A stretch of 64,000 nucleotides of DNA from Octopus sinensis. Taxonomy: Eukaryota. Where the stretch lies: NCBI RefSeq assembly GCF_006345805.1, contig NC_043008.1:31806001-31870000 (forward strand), given 5' to 3'. Shown one piece after another: positions 42,395 to 55,746 of the stretch. The first letter of the stretch is position 1; each line of letters begins with the position of its first letter. The notes under the pieces are model-generated. The model had not been told where the DNA came from and did no database searches. It saw only the letters and a program-made list of their open reading frames with translations. A program made the position numbers and the translations under genes.

Positions 42395-42616
42395 GCTTAG
42401 TATATACTTCCTTCTCGCTTCTTCTCTCGTCCAATTTTTAGTTCATTATGCCATGTGAATAGTGCCAGATGATTGTGCTGGGACACCAGACGGGTTATAA
42501 AACAATGTTTGACATGTTCTCAGAACATAAAAACCTATATTATGTTTATTAAAAAGTATTTATCTATAACAAGATGGAGTACTTTTTTGGTTGATCTTAT
42601 CTTCACGGAACAATAC

Positions 42617-42694
<78 letters not shown>

Positions 42695-42715
42695 AATGAT
42701 GCAACATATACATTA

Positions 42716-42774
<59 letters not shown>

Positions 42775-42967
42775 AATGCTGTAGTATTCCAGGCCTGATT
42801 CGCTTACTCGATTTTGTGTCAATCCCGTTCACCGTTTTTTAACAATAGTTTTTTTACAATATCTACTTCAATCGTTGACCGTATAGAAAATAAGGAAACA
42901 ATATTTATTAATATTTATACTGCTATTTTGTAACTATTGATCACGTTGATTATTCTATTCATTACAG

Positions 42968-43000
42968 ATCATCTACAGAATTCCACAGAAAAACTCCTAA
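42968..43000 (+). CDS. Identical second copy of the terminal exon 14 coding part
   Basis: Same acceptor and IIYRIPQKNS-stop, 1441 bp downstream, inside the tandem duplication. Confidence 0.5.
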   Translation: MIYRIPQKNS

Positions 43001-43749
43001 TTGCTGACATGGTCGTTCAAGAAATTACATTGAATAAAGAACAAGAATGATTTAAAATGCCTGTCTGAAAGACCTGTTGACTCCAACAACAAGAACAGCA
43101 ACAATGATATTACTCCTAATGATAATGTTTTCATTAGTACAGCAACTAATACAAAACTAAAATACAAATTTCGCTAGTGCATGTATGTCCATTGCTAAAC
43201 AACGTTATTTAATTAATTATTTATTATTAATTTATTTTTTAAAATGCTTCATCTGCTAATTCTGTACTAATCATGCATAAATTTTTCAAACATGAAAAAA
43301 ATCTATAAAAAGTTTAAAGATGAGGAAGAAGATTTATTTTCAAGAAGCTGGGTTTGGTAGTACTTGATAGTGGTAGATGTTGGGATGCAGATATTTGAAG
43401 TTCAATGAACTGTAAATGGATTAAAACTGAGGAATAACAAAAATTTCAAGAAATACTAGAAATTAATGTTGTTTTGATAAAATAGAATAGCCTTGAAATG
43501 TGAGGATATGGCTATATCAATTACTGAAGAGTACTTGGTATAAAGAGGTGGAAAGCTGTCGTGGATACGGTGCGTCACAAGGGTGCATATGTGCTGGGGA
43601 TACTTTTACCTACGTACTTGTATGTACGTGTACGTAGCTGAAATTATCTCCAGAGCAACTTCGATATAACAATGTAAGCAGTTTAAGCACAAATTAATTT
43701 GCTACTCATAAACACACCGAGAGTCACACAATTGCATACACAAACATAT

Positions 43750-43819
<70 letters not shown>

Positions 43820-44024
43820 ATGAAACTGGAGATTCGATTGTAATAAAGAAAATATTGCACCATATATTACATAATCATTACACGTATTTCACCAGCGTAT
43901 ACTAGAATGTTATGGTAATCGTGACAAAGGACGGTTGCATAATCATTTTATACGCCAGATCATCAGAAAAACAGGCGTAATTTACTACTTTATATGTTGG
44001 TTACCAACGTTGGTTAGTAGACAA

Positions 44025-44059
<35 letters not shown>

Positions 44060-44974
44060 CATGTAAGTAACTTAGCTTAGGCAGCTTTTGGTCATTATTG
44101 GCCCAAGCCAAGTCTAACTTAATTACAGCATCTGGGGTAGTTTTTTTATGGCGGTCGATTGACAAAGTTGTTAAAAAGATGGATATAATGCGGTACATTT
44201 GTCCAGTTCTCTGCGCTCTGAGTTCAAATCCCGTCGAGGTCAACTTTCCCTTTCATCCTTTCGGAGTCGATAAACAAAGCACCAGTCCAATTATAGTGCA
44301 GCCCATTCAACTCACCCTCTAGCTGCATGTTCCTCTGCATGAGAGGGCCGAGAGGAAGCTTGAATCTTCTGCTCTCTACTACATGAGCGCATATATACAT
44401 ATAGATATATGTATGTGTGTATATATGTATATACGTATATGTATATATAATTTATACATATATATATGTATATGTATACATATAGTCATACACATGACAC
44501 ACCGTTCCTACAACAGTTTTTAACTCGTATTTGACCATTTGTTTTCTATCATTTGGTATTACCCATATTCCAAATTTTCAATTCAATTTTAATCAGAATC
44601 AAATTAACTACACAACTAGAATATTTTTGTTCCTCCATGTTTATCTATTTAAAGTCCTTTCAACTCGAAATACTAACAAGCATCGCGTCTATTAAGTTTC
44701 AAAACCTACCAAAATCATCTTGTTTAAAACAGATTTTCTTGCTCACCTCCAAACATTTTACAGAATTTTAATAAATATGAATACTTACAGACACTGTGTC
44801 CTGGCACATCGCTTGAGCAAGCTTTCGGACTGGTGAAACCTGAAGTTATAAGCAACCTCATTTGTTTTCTAATAAATTTCACTGTAAACTGGGTCTTTTT
44901 ATCAGAGTGCGTTGTTATTTCTTGCATCTACACACACACACACACATCACACACACGCACACCACACACGCACG

Positions 44975-45005
<31 letters not shown>

Positions 45006-45539
45006 TTCTCTCTCTCTCACACACAGTCTCTCTCTCTCTCTCACACACACCACACACACACAGTCTCTCTCTCTCTCTCTCTCTCGCACACACACCCACA
45101 CATGCACGTACTCCGAATACTTGTAATCATTATTTCACGTCCAAACTGTGATTCTATCAAACCTTCGCCACGTCGATGCCTATCACAACTTCAGTACTTT
45201 ACCTGATGGTGTCAGGCCATTACACAACGAACCACATACTACACAACTATCGGCTCCACATTCTGTGTCTTACAGCATTTCAACTCGACTAATTTAATCG
45301 GAGCTTCATCATCATCATTCAATGACTTCTTTTGCATGCTTGCATGAGGTCATGTACTTCATTCCGACTCTTGAGAGATTGCTTAGTTGGCGACTTAAGC
45401 TATCGACTTAGCAAGTCACTCTACATTCCCACACAAAAATAAAACAGAAACTTAGAATCTTCCAAGTGGTTCGCCCAAGTAGAGCTGCAGCTGCTCAGGC
45501 CAATGATACAACCTATAATGCTAAGAGAAAGCGAAATAT

Positions 45540-45715
45540 TCTTACAAAGTGCACAGTTTAACATCGGTTGTACGACACCCACGAAACTATCGTCCGAAAC
45601 GCGAATGTTGCATCTGTGCGTCGCACTGCCCGCAAAACTATTCACTCTCCGAAACTGCGACAAATTCTTTTGTGTTTTTGCCAAATGAATCTCGACGAAT
45701 TTTGAGAAATCATTC
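45540..45715 (+). mobile_element. Possible piggyBac transposase C-terminal cysteine-rich relic
   Basis: RPKRECCICAS then, after a frameshift, CDKFFCVF...NFEK; weak. Confidence 0.3.
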
Positions 45716-47345
45716 TTCTTTTTGTTTATACATCTTTTCAGTCACGATGCACGTACTCACATACATACATACATACTCGCATATTCATATACTTACATAA
45801 ACATAGTAAAAAATCATATAATACCTACTCCAGTACTGCCTTAACGCATGGACACACTGTGTTACTTGACAAGAGGCGTCACGGGTCTAGGGTCCAATTC
45901 TGATCTATGTATGTTGTGGCTTGCTGTCAATAAATATAGCACCCAATGCATTGATTTGCCCAGTGGCCTACTATTGCGCCGGACCAACCAATGCCCTGTG
46001 AATGAATTTGGTTGTCGGAAACTGCGTAGAAATCCTTCACATATATGTATGTGTGTATGTGTTTGTTTGTGTCTGTGTCCGTGTGTGGGGGAATGTTGCT
46101 TAGTGGTGAGGAAATTGTAATCACGATGGTAAGATTGTGATTCCAATTCATAGAGCTTTGATTGCTCCGATCCAATGAGCTGGCAGAAGCGAGTAATACC
46201 TGCGACGGACCGGCGTCACATCCAGGTGAAGGAAATATATACGTCACAGAATCCAGGAAACTGGCCTTATGAGCCTATGGCTCGGAAAGGACCTTTGATC
46301 CTTTATATATATATGTGCATGTGTGTGTGTGTGTGTGTGTGTGCGTGCATCTGTCAATCTGTCTGTTTTTGTCTCTATATTTGTCCCAGCCTCACCGTTT
46401 AGTAAGCAGTTTTCATTTGTTTACGTCCCCGTAGCTTAGCGTTTCAACCAAAAGGATCGATAGAATAATTACCAGACTTAAAACAAAAACATAAGTACTG
46501 CGTTCGATTTCTTAGACTAAGATCCATGAAGGTGATGTCCCACCTTGGCCGCTATCCAATGACAAGTAAAACACAAAAGAGAGAAATATATATCTTCGTA
46601 AAAGATACGGATAAATTTATCGCGGCAGTATAGTGTGTCTATTGTGTTTTGGAGATGTCCTTGAACGTTGACAACCTTAGCAAATCAGCATAGAGCAGAT
46701 TTGTTAAATGTCATCAAGATAATGTGAAAAACCTAATCTGTCATCAGCTGGCAAGTGAGTTAATGAACAAAGGACTAACATCACTTAATGTGGCAAACAA
46801 GATAACCTTAAATTAATCGAAACTCAAACCAGTGTTTGCGGGATTTAAACTAAAGACAGGAGTACGTAACGATTCAAAATCAAGAAATTTTAATCGACCC
46901 ACTCAATTTAAATTGGAAATAGGTAATGTGATGAAGAGAAAGATAGTCACATATTTGGCAAAGATGGTGACAATTCCATTATATTCCATTCTTATTAAAC
47001 TTCTTCAGTCGGCTTTTACATGTTTGCCAAAAGATAGAAATGAACATTTGTGCATATACGCGTACATATCAATAATTTGATCTATTTAAACATTTAATTG
47101 TATGCCTAAAAATTATCAAGACCTTATATCACAGATTTGCTTTTAAGTTCTCTTTATCCACCATCTGAACAGACTTTATACCATAGGTGCAGGCGTGGCT
47201 GTGTGGTAAGTAGCTTGCTTTCTAACCACATGGTTCCAGGTCCAATCCTATTGTGTGGAATTTTGGGCAAATGCCTTCTACCATAGCCTCGAGTCGATCA
47301 AAGCATTATGAGTGGATTCTGTAGACGTAAACTGAAAGAAGCCCG

Positions 47346-47384
<39 letters not shown>

Positions 47385-48453
47385 GCCGTCCGTCCTGGTG
47401 TCTGTGTTTGTCCCCCACCACCGCTTGACAACCGGCATTAGTGTGTGTACGTTCCCGTAACTTAACGATACGGCTAAAGACACTCATAGAATTAGTACCA
47501 GGTCTTTTTTTTAAAAGTCTTCAATACGGTGTCCCAGCATGGCCGCAGTCTAATGGCCGAAACAAGTAAAAGATAAAAGATAATCCTTTCACAGCCAACT
47601 ACTTTTAGTTGAAAACACAGTGAAGACGCAAGTTTATGCTTTAGAAAGCCTCAGCTCCATATGTGTTGGTATATTTTCAACGAACACTTCGCTAGAAAGA
47701 GTTTGCCCTCACGTTTCTAATCAGTCTTCTGCAGGCTACAATAATTTTAGCCTACTGAAGTAAGTATAATCCGATAAAGAACGGTTTATTTTGTTCTATC
47801 TAACCATTAGGCGGCGAACTGACAAAATCGTTAGCACGCTAAGTGCCACTTCGCTTTTATGTTCTGAGTTCAAATTCCACCGAGGTCGAATTTGTCTTTC
47901 ATCCCTTCGGGATCAAGTAAGCAAATACTAGTTGAACACTGGGATCGATGTAGTTGACTTACCCCCTCCCTAAAATTTCTGGCCTTGTGCCAAAATTTGA
48001 AACTAATATTTTGTCCTAACCTAAAATATTTGTCGAAAAATTATCGAAAGATTGAAACATGCCTTTTAAAAATGTTTCCTCTGAAATGTATGACAGCTGA
48101 TAAACAACAATAATTTAATATAAAGGAAAACATGAAATTAACCAAAACCTTGACAATACCACCACCTGTTCAAAATTTCTCAAATACCTCTTAGATGAGT
48201 GAAAACATTTCCAGCATGTTGCTGACCACACATCTTCAGCAGACTACAATAGACTGCCCATGGGAGGGCATACATGCATGCATACATACATACATACATA
48301 CATACATACATACATACATACATACATACATACATACATACATACATACATACATACATACATGCATACATACATACATACATAAATGCATACATACTTA
48401 CATAGATATGTGTGTGTGTATGTGTGTGTGTGTGTGTTATATAGATATATATA

Positions 48454-48725
48454 GGCATTCTTTCGATATAACTCGACAAAATCAAAACACTTCACTTCGG
48501 GTATTTCCGTGGAAGCAAATGACAGTTCGATTCTGTTTTCTGCTTGGAAATTTGCGGATTTTGCATACAGACATGGAACAGTTAAGAACAAATATGGAAG
48601 GCTTTTTTTCTTCAAGTTTAAAATGAGACATTGCTGGCATAATTTCGTTATATCTATACTCCACAACCCACAGAAATACCGAAGTGAAATGTCTCGACCT
48701 TGTCGAGTTATATCGAAAGAATGCC
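48454..48725. mobile_element. MITE (272 bp) with a perfect 26-bp TIR, extending imperfectly to ~60 bp
   Basis: GGCATTCTTTCGATATAACTCGACAA ... TTGTCGAGTTATATCGAAAGAATGCC. Confidence 0.85.
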
Positions 48726-48781
48726 AATATATACATTTATTTATATATGTGCACATACATACAAGGTATTATTAGTGTTAA

Positions 48782-49321
48782 CCCTTCGTTAGTGACCTGG
48801 CCTTTCCGAACATGATTAGTAGTTACATGGGGTGTTTACACCCCCCAAAACAAAAATGTTTATAGTTTTAGTATTATGTAAAATATCCTCATTCTGTTGG
48901 TTCAGGATATATCTGCAATCACTGCTGATTGAAATTATTATAAAACAATACAATAAAATCAATTATAAAATTAATGAAAAACTAAAAAAATTTAGAGTTA
49001 GATCACATTTATTTTGAAAATACCCACTATTTTGTGAATTTTTTAAAAATATCTATAATGTTAAAAAATAACATAACTGGCAATCACCGTTACAATATAC
49101 TAATGTATATAGTCACCCCACGTGACTGACGTGGGGTGACTAGATAAAAATGAAGTCTACCTCCTACAACAACTGAACCGCGACTGTACCACACCTGCTG
49201 CAACCTCATTGAGTCAGAAGACGAGAGGAAGGGAGCAAGAAAAGTATGTTGCCAATTAGAAATTACGAACATTTAAAAAAAAATTGGGGATGACAATACA
49301 CCCCATGTGACTAACGAAGGG
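48782..49321. mobile_element. Non-autonomous piggyBac element (540 bp)
   Basis: TTAA target duplications (48778-48781, 49322-49325), CCCTTCGTTAGT TIRs, subterminal repeats, internal 14-bp-arm hairpin at 49110-49142. Confidence 0.9.
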
Positions 49322-50049
49322 TTAAAGAAGCAGAAAGAAAACATGCTGTTAGCGATAATAAACGTGTAAGGAAAGATCAATGAAAACTTTTGAATGATTT
49401 CTATCACGCACAAATGGCAAATGAACTTGTAGAGATATTCGAACTTGCAATGTTTACCAAATAGAAATTAAAACGAGCATTCGCATAAACTATAGTCTGG
49501 TTATGAACACTTCACTCTAGCCGGGGGCTGTATGAAAGAGATTACTGTTTATCATTGCGCATGTGCTACCGGAAGTCCAAAATAAACATATATTCCTAAA
49601 GATATTATCGAAGATATGTATATATTTGTGTACATATGTGTATATGTGTGTTTATGTATACATATACATATATATGTATGTATGTGTAAGTGTATCTATG
49701 TATATGTATGTCTGTGTGTATGTGTGTAGATGCTCCTTTGGCGTGTGATCTACTAGGAAGATTACTTTCGGTTACTTTTTTTAGTTTACTTTTCAATTTC
49801 TAAAAGCCCGTAAGATGTTGGCTAAGATTTTTACAATGTAATCAAACAGGGGACAAAGGCAGTTGCATAAGAAAACAGTTGCATTTTTACAAGAAACCAG
49901 CACTGAATTCACATCATTTCTTAAGAAAAAGAGACGTGTCGCTTTGTCGTGTGATCTACAATTTAAAGGGGAATCACTTTATGCTACTGTTTAGTTTGCT
50001 TTGTATTAGTGTTACTTTCCGCATGATCTACGTGAGCAAATATACTTTG

Positions 50050-52390
50050 GTGGGTGACATATAGAGCAATTCCTACAAATTTGTTTCACGTTCTCCAACG
50101 AATATGGAAGATTCCTACTGCGAACGAAATGAAGAAGGCATATTTTACTGGGATGGCACAGTGATGCATGTAACTCATAAAGTGAATGTGAACTGATTGC
50201 TGGACAGCGTACCCAAGTGAATGCATCCGGAGCGATATTATTGGATCCTGGGTGATAGTGAATATCATATGGGTATGGAGATAACGCAGTGCGCCACCTC
50301 ATAATTTTATCACTTTTAATTTTGCTCGTCGCTTCATAATTATATATGAATGATCAGTAATTAATGTGAAATGTCTACCTAGCAGAAAGAGTCTCCAATG
50401 ATGAATTGATTCGATAATTGCTTGGGCTTCCTTTTCAACAGAGGAGTGGTACTCTTCGCTACCTTGTAGCGCGCTTGAATGGAATGCGACTGGTCCTCCA
50501 TCTTGATTTATTGTTGCAGATATAGCAAAATCTGAAGCATCCGTCTCAACAATAAATGGAATGTTCTCATTTACCATTTGAATGCCAGCATTAGCTAATT
50601 CTATCTTCAATGACTGAAATGCTTTTGTTGGTTGTTCAGAGGCAATTTTGATACATTATTGAGATGATATATTTTGTCAGAAAATTTGGACATCCGCTTA
50701 GCATAATGAGAAAACATACCGACTATTCGTTTTAATGATTTCTGGTCGGTTGGTATAGGAAGATTGAGGAGTGGAGCAAGCCTTTCTGGGTCAGGGCTGA
50801 GGGTATTGTGCGAGATACGGTATCCAAGAAAGTCAAGTGTTGTTGAGTAAACGCATTTCTCTTCATTCATGGTGAGCCCCTCACTTTTTGCTGCTATTTC
50901 GAATTTTTCTAAATTCATATCGTGATCATTTTGATCTTTCTCACATATGGTTAGATTGTCTATGAATGGGAACGTATCTCGCAGTTTGTATTTACTCACA
51001 AAGTCATCCATTATACGCTGGAAACATGCACTGCCATTAGTTACTCTGAATGGCATCCTATATAATGCCATAATTTACCGTCAGCTTCAAAGGCTGTGAA
51101 TCGACGATCTGATAGAGAAATCTGATGGTATGCTGGACATAAGTCTATTGTAAACTTTATAGTGGGCAATAGCGTTTACTAACTTATCGATTTTAGGAAG
51201 AGGGTAGGCATCAAGCTGTGTATATTCGTTGTCTCTGAATAGTCAATCACCATTTTGATGTTGACCGTTTTGATGTTGAGTATGTTCACTAGCCTCTCAC
51301 TGATGAAGCTCTTGTCAGTGCTACCGCTATCAATTAATGCTTCGGATTTGTAAGTATTGTTCAGTATAACTATGGAGGTTACTCGGAAGGGTGAACCTGC
51401 TGATGCTGATACTGCCAATCGTAGATTGTGTTTTTTTTTTTTTGCATTTGTGACAGACTGCTTTCCGCGCAGGACAACGAGTCTGCGGGTGTCTGGAATA
51501 GCCTCAAAACCAAGAGAGGGTTTTCCTTTTTGGATCGCGGCAGAGTGTTTTTCTTCTGGCTTAGAGGAATCAATTGGCTTGACTCCGGTGTGTGCCGTTA
51601 GACTGAAGTAGGGACACTCAGAGTTTGAAAAGACACTGGAACCCTGTTGCGCCACATCTAGCGAACGTGCTTGATCATAAGCCGTACTAAGATCGACACT
51701 TTTGTTTTCTAATAGTCTCTGTCTTATTTGATTCGAAATGAGTCCATTTATAAACGCATCTTGAATTATTTCATACCGGTGCTGCTCAGCATTCACTGCA
51801 ATAAAGTCACAGTCTTTCGCAAGTATTTTGAGTTCGTTTAAGTACTGTTCTAGAGATTCTCCGGGTTTGTCTTCTTGTGGCCAAAAGATGGCGTGTCATT
51901 ATGATGTTCTTAGGTTTAATATACACACTCTTTAGTGTGTTTACAGCTTGTTCATAGTTCTTAACTTCACTAATGAATTTTTATACGTTCGGTTCCACAT
52001 AATTAATCAAAAGATTGAGTTTATCGATAATTCTACCTTCCTGCCCTGATCTATAAAGTTGGTGAAAGTTCTAAACCAATGATTTAAAATCTTGTCAGCA
52101 TTTGTGGAGTTTGGGTCGGCATTCAATCTGTCCGGTTTCAAGTATCTTTCCATATCTGGTATCCTTCCCAATTCGTATTCGTCTTTTCATAAATTTCTTT
52201 CTCTATAGATTATTCAGCAACTTCTTCGAGATTTAGAAATTAGTTTCTTTGATTGTTATGTATCACCAGTAATTGCTGGTTCAAAGAAACAAATTTCCAG
52301 TCATAGTCCACAACAGTAAAGCGTGTTGGATGTTGTCCAATGATACTAGTTAATCGTTCACAGACGTCGAGATGCGGTGCAAAGCTGAAA
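50050..52390 (-). mobile_element. Degraded Ty3/Gypsy LTR retrotransposon (gag, protease, RT, RNase H, integrase Zn finger; truncated)
   Basis: Gag start MERYLKPDRL (ATG 52153), DAFINGL, ALIDSGS, RMPF.VTNGSACFQR, PFIVETDAS, EKEAQAI, TLITDH, H...H...C..C; many frameshifts. Confidence 0.9.
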
Positions 52391-52851
52391 GGAAATGGCA
52401 CTATCGGCCTTCCACGTGCCGAAGTAACATCAATGCCTCATGTACTGAAGCCAAGAATTTCAGACGCTTATTTAGTATCATAAATAATTTTATTTTATAT
52501 CGGGATATTTACACACAAAATGTTGGTGTTGTTAAAATGCAGAAAACATCTTTGAACACGCAAAATACAGAGCAACTGTTATGGATCAAACATGGCGTAC
52601 CATGAAAGATGATAGTCGCAGGCGAAAAGGTAACTGCTGTATTGTTGCAGTGGAACTCAAGTGGACTACATCAATTGCTCCAAAATTGTTGGGAACAAAT
52701 TATAGTTTAAGGGTGATAATGCGAATTTGCTCTCTGATCCCAATCAAGGAAAATCACCCATGTTAAGTACAATTTTTTTTCGTCATTGGTACAAGCATCT
52801 TGTAGTGTTATCCACGATATTCTCGATTCAACGTATACTATACAAAATGGC

Positions 52852-52909
<58 letters not shown>

Positions 52910-53787
52910 ATCATCAAATGTGCATGCCTTTTATATCAAAGGAAGTCACTCTAATCATAGCACAATTTGCATAACAATAATTCACATAACACATACATAC
53001 ATATCATGATTTATATATTTTAAAATTGTCAGTTCTACAATGATTTTAGCTAAAACACCGACAAGCGGTTTTTTGAATTAGAAGAAAGTGAAGTTTATAA
53101 TTTATTAAAATATATCTGCGTCTCCGTTAGGTCAAAATCGTAAACCGTATTCTGAAGTTAGTCATCGTACTTTACAATTTCTGTAAGCGCAAAATTCCAG
53201 ACAAAGGTGGAAAAGAGAAAAGACAAGGACAGATAGACAGACACTCGTCGATTCTAAAGAACTAATTGTTATTGGAAATGGAAGACAGGTCAAAGTGTCT
53301 ACCAACAGGAAGCAAGTATTTTGTTTCTGAATGAAATGCAATTGTTTTGGCTAAATCCTGTCATTAAATTATGCTTACATTAAGTGACTCACATGACCTT
53401 TCACTCATCCTTCTTTCGAGAAGAGAAAAACGTATGAAATTATTTGCTTTGTCTGACAGTAAATGTACTGGCATTTTTTAATATCATTCACGTGTTCTGT
53501 TATGCAACAAGGTCATGTATACACATAGAAGAATTTTTTTGTTAAAAATTTTGACGCAACTTCTCCTCTCTTTACATTCTTGTCAGCTTCTACCGTGCAC
53601 TAATAATAAAATTTGGCTGGATTTTTGGGGTGATTGATCTTGTAGCAATAAATTTTGACTACAATAACCAGTTTTCACTTTGACTAAGCGTTACAATCTT
53701 TTTTTAAATGGATTATTATAATGCCCACTTCGGTATACAGTATACTAAGTAAAACCAGTAAAGACACGACTATCTCATGACAGCATA

Positions 53788-55410
53788 TTACTTATTCTTT
53801 TTATTGTCCACAAGGGGCCAACAAAGAGGGGACGATACAGGACATTATATGTGGGCCGAAAAAAAGAAAAAGTCGAATGAGCAGATGTATGATTAATAAA
53901 TGAAAAGATGAAATGATGGCCATCCGTGCCCCACGACCCAGATAACATCATTGAACATTTTTTTTTTAAACTAACATAAATTGTCAAAGTTATTCTTTTT
54001 CACTTTGTTTGGTGAAGTCACCCCAGTCTTTTTGTATTTTTCTTTTTTTATTCTTTTCGTTTGTTTCTGTTAAATATTCATGTCTGTTCTTGTTTGTAAG
54101 GTCTTGTAACTTTTGGCTTTTTTGGTTTGTAAGAAGGAGGAATGGGTAATTTTCTTTTTTTTCCTTCCCCCCCAGCCACCTGCCATTCACCGTCACTTAC
54201 ATTTGTAGAAGTTGTCAACGGTGCTACTTCTTCCGCCATGACTGTCCCTCTCCTTCCACCGTCTCCTCCTGCTGCTTCACCTTCCGCTCCGTAGTCTTTG
54301 AAGTAGACGGTGTGTCTTTCTCTGTCTTCACCATCACCCCTCCTGCTTCTCCTCCTCTTCCATTCTCTGTTGCTGCATACTAGCCACCGTCTGGCTTTTT
54401 CCCTGTGTTTCAGGTTGTAGGCCCTGGGGACACGTTTTTCTTATGTGTCCCTTTTGCCCACACTCGAAGCCCTGAACAGGGACCTTCACTCTTGTATCAT
54501 CCGGAAGGATGACGAACTCCGGTATGCTATCAATATCTGTTATTGTGGCCTGGATTGTTGCTCTTATGTCCCTGCCACACCAGTTCTGGGTACTTTTTTC
54601 TTCCAAATTCAATAGTGTAGCCTCTTCCGCCGCCAGGAGCCACCTTGGTTTGATTTCTGGGTCGAACCCGTTTATCATTATTTTCGTCGTTCTTTTGCCA
54701 GATATAACAGTAAAAGAGCTAATTCGCTTATCTGCAGGGTGGTTGCTGAGTCCATCTTGGCCTCGCTCTCAGCTACAAACTGCATCTCCACCGTTCCAAA
54801 CTTTCTTCCGCGCTTAACGTACGCCAATTTATACATAATAGGTTTTAATGCCTTTTCAATATCCTCTATTGACGCTATCCCTATTTTTCTGGTCTTCAAA
54901 GATAGCGTCCTATAAACAATTGTTCTTCTCTTAACTCCTTGCATCACCTCCTTGGGTGGGTGAGGGGATTTAGCCTCATGTTGTCTCCCCCCACCCCTTG
55001 AAGAAATGACTGGAACTTCTTGACTGCTTCAGGCTCGATGTTGTAACATTTCATCTTTCTTTGTGCCGCGGCCGCATAATCATCCGTACTGTCTCCAGAA
55101 TAACTTGTGTAGTCCGTCTCATCCTCGCTTTCCCAGAGCTCGTAAAATGCGTCGTCATCCATTTTGTGTAGGACACTCTACACAAAATGTAAACGCTTCA
55201 CCCACCAAACGAGAAAACCAACATGAAACAAGCCTGTGAAGGCTAACAATGTGCCGCAAAACACTAACAGTTTTTAAACAATTTTTTTAAAACAGGTAAT
55301 CCCAAAAGGCAAAGCCTGCAACAAAATCAATGGCAATTCAACCATAAACTTCAGGTAATAAAATTATAACAGCCTGTAACACGAAAGCGAACATACCACG
55401 CCGCCTACTA
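53788..55410 (-). mobile_element. ORF1-only L1/Tx1-like non-autonomous retroelement (RRM-like region and CCHC knuckle)
   Basis: Frameshifted ORF from ATG 55162: FGTVEMQF, GFDPEI, FECGQKGHIRKTCP; no ORF2 between the ORF1 end and the AATAAA tail. Confidence 0.6.
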
Positions 55411-55412
55411 CG

Positions 55413-55746
55413 TATTTATTCTTTTTATTGTCCACAAGGGATGACACATGATATTACAAGTAGGGCCGAATAAAAGAAAAAATCGAATGAGCAGATGTAT
55501 GATTAATAAAAGAAAAGATGAAATGATGGCTATTCGTGCCCCACGATCCAGGCAACGTCATTGAACATTTTTTTGAAAAAGCTAACATAAATTATCAAAG
55601 ATTTTCTTTTTCACTTTGCTTGGTGAAGTCACCTCAGTTTTTTATGTTTTCCTTTTTTTTATTATTCTTTTCGTTTGTTTCTGTTAAATGTTCATGTGTG
55701 TTCTTGTTTGTGAAATCTTGTAATTTTGGGCTTTTTTTGGTTTGTG
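55413..55746 (-). mobile_element. 5'-truncated second copy of the same element (3' ~335 bp), directly upstream in tandem
   Basis: Direct repeat of 53788-54130, roughly 85% identical by eye. Confidence 0.8.

Noticed and set aside
48205-48250. Minus-strand CTGAAGA...GAAA motif
   Set aside because: No valid stem II closure or stem III/UH site.
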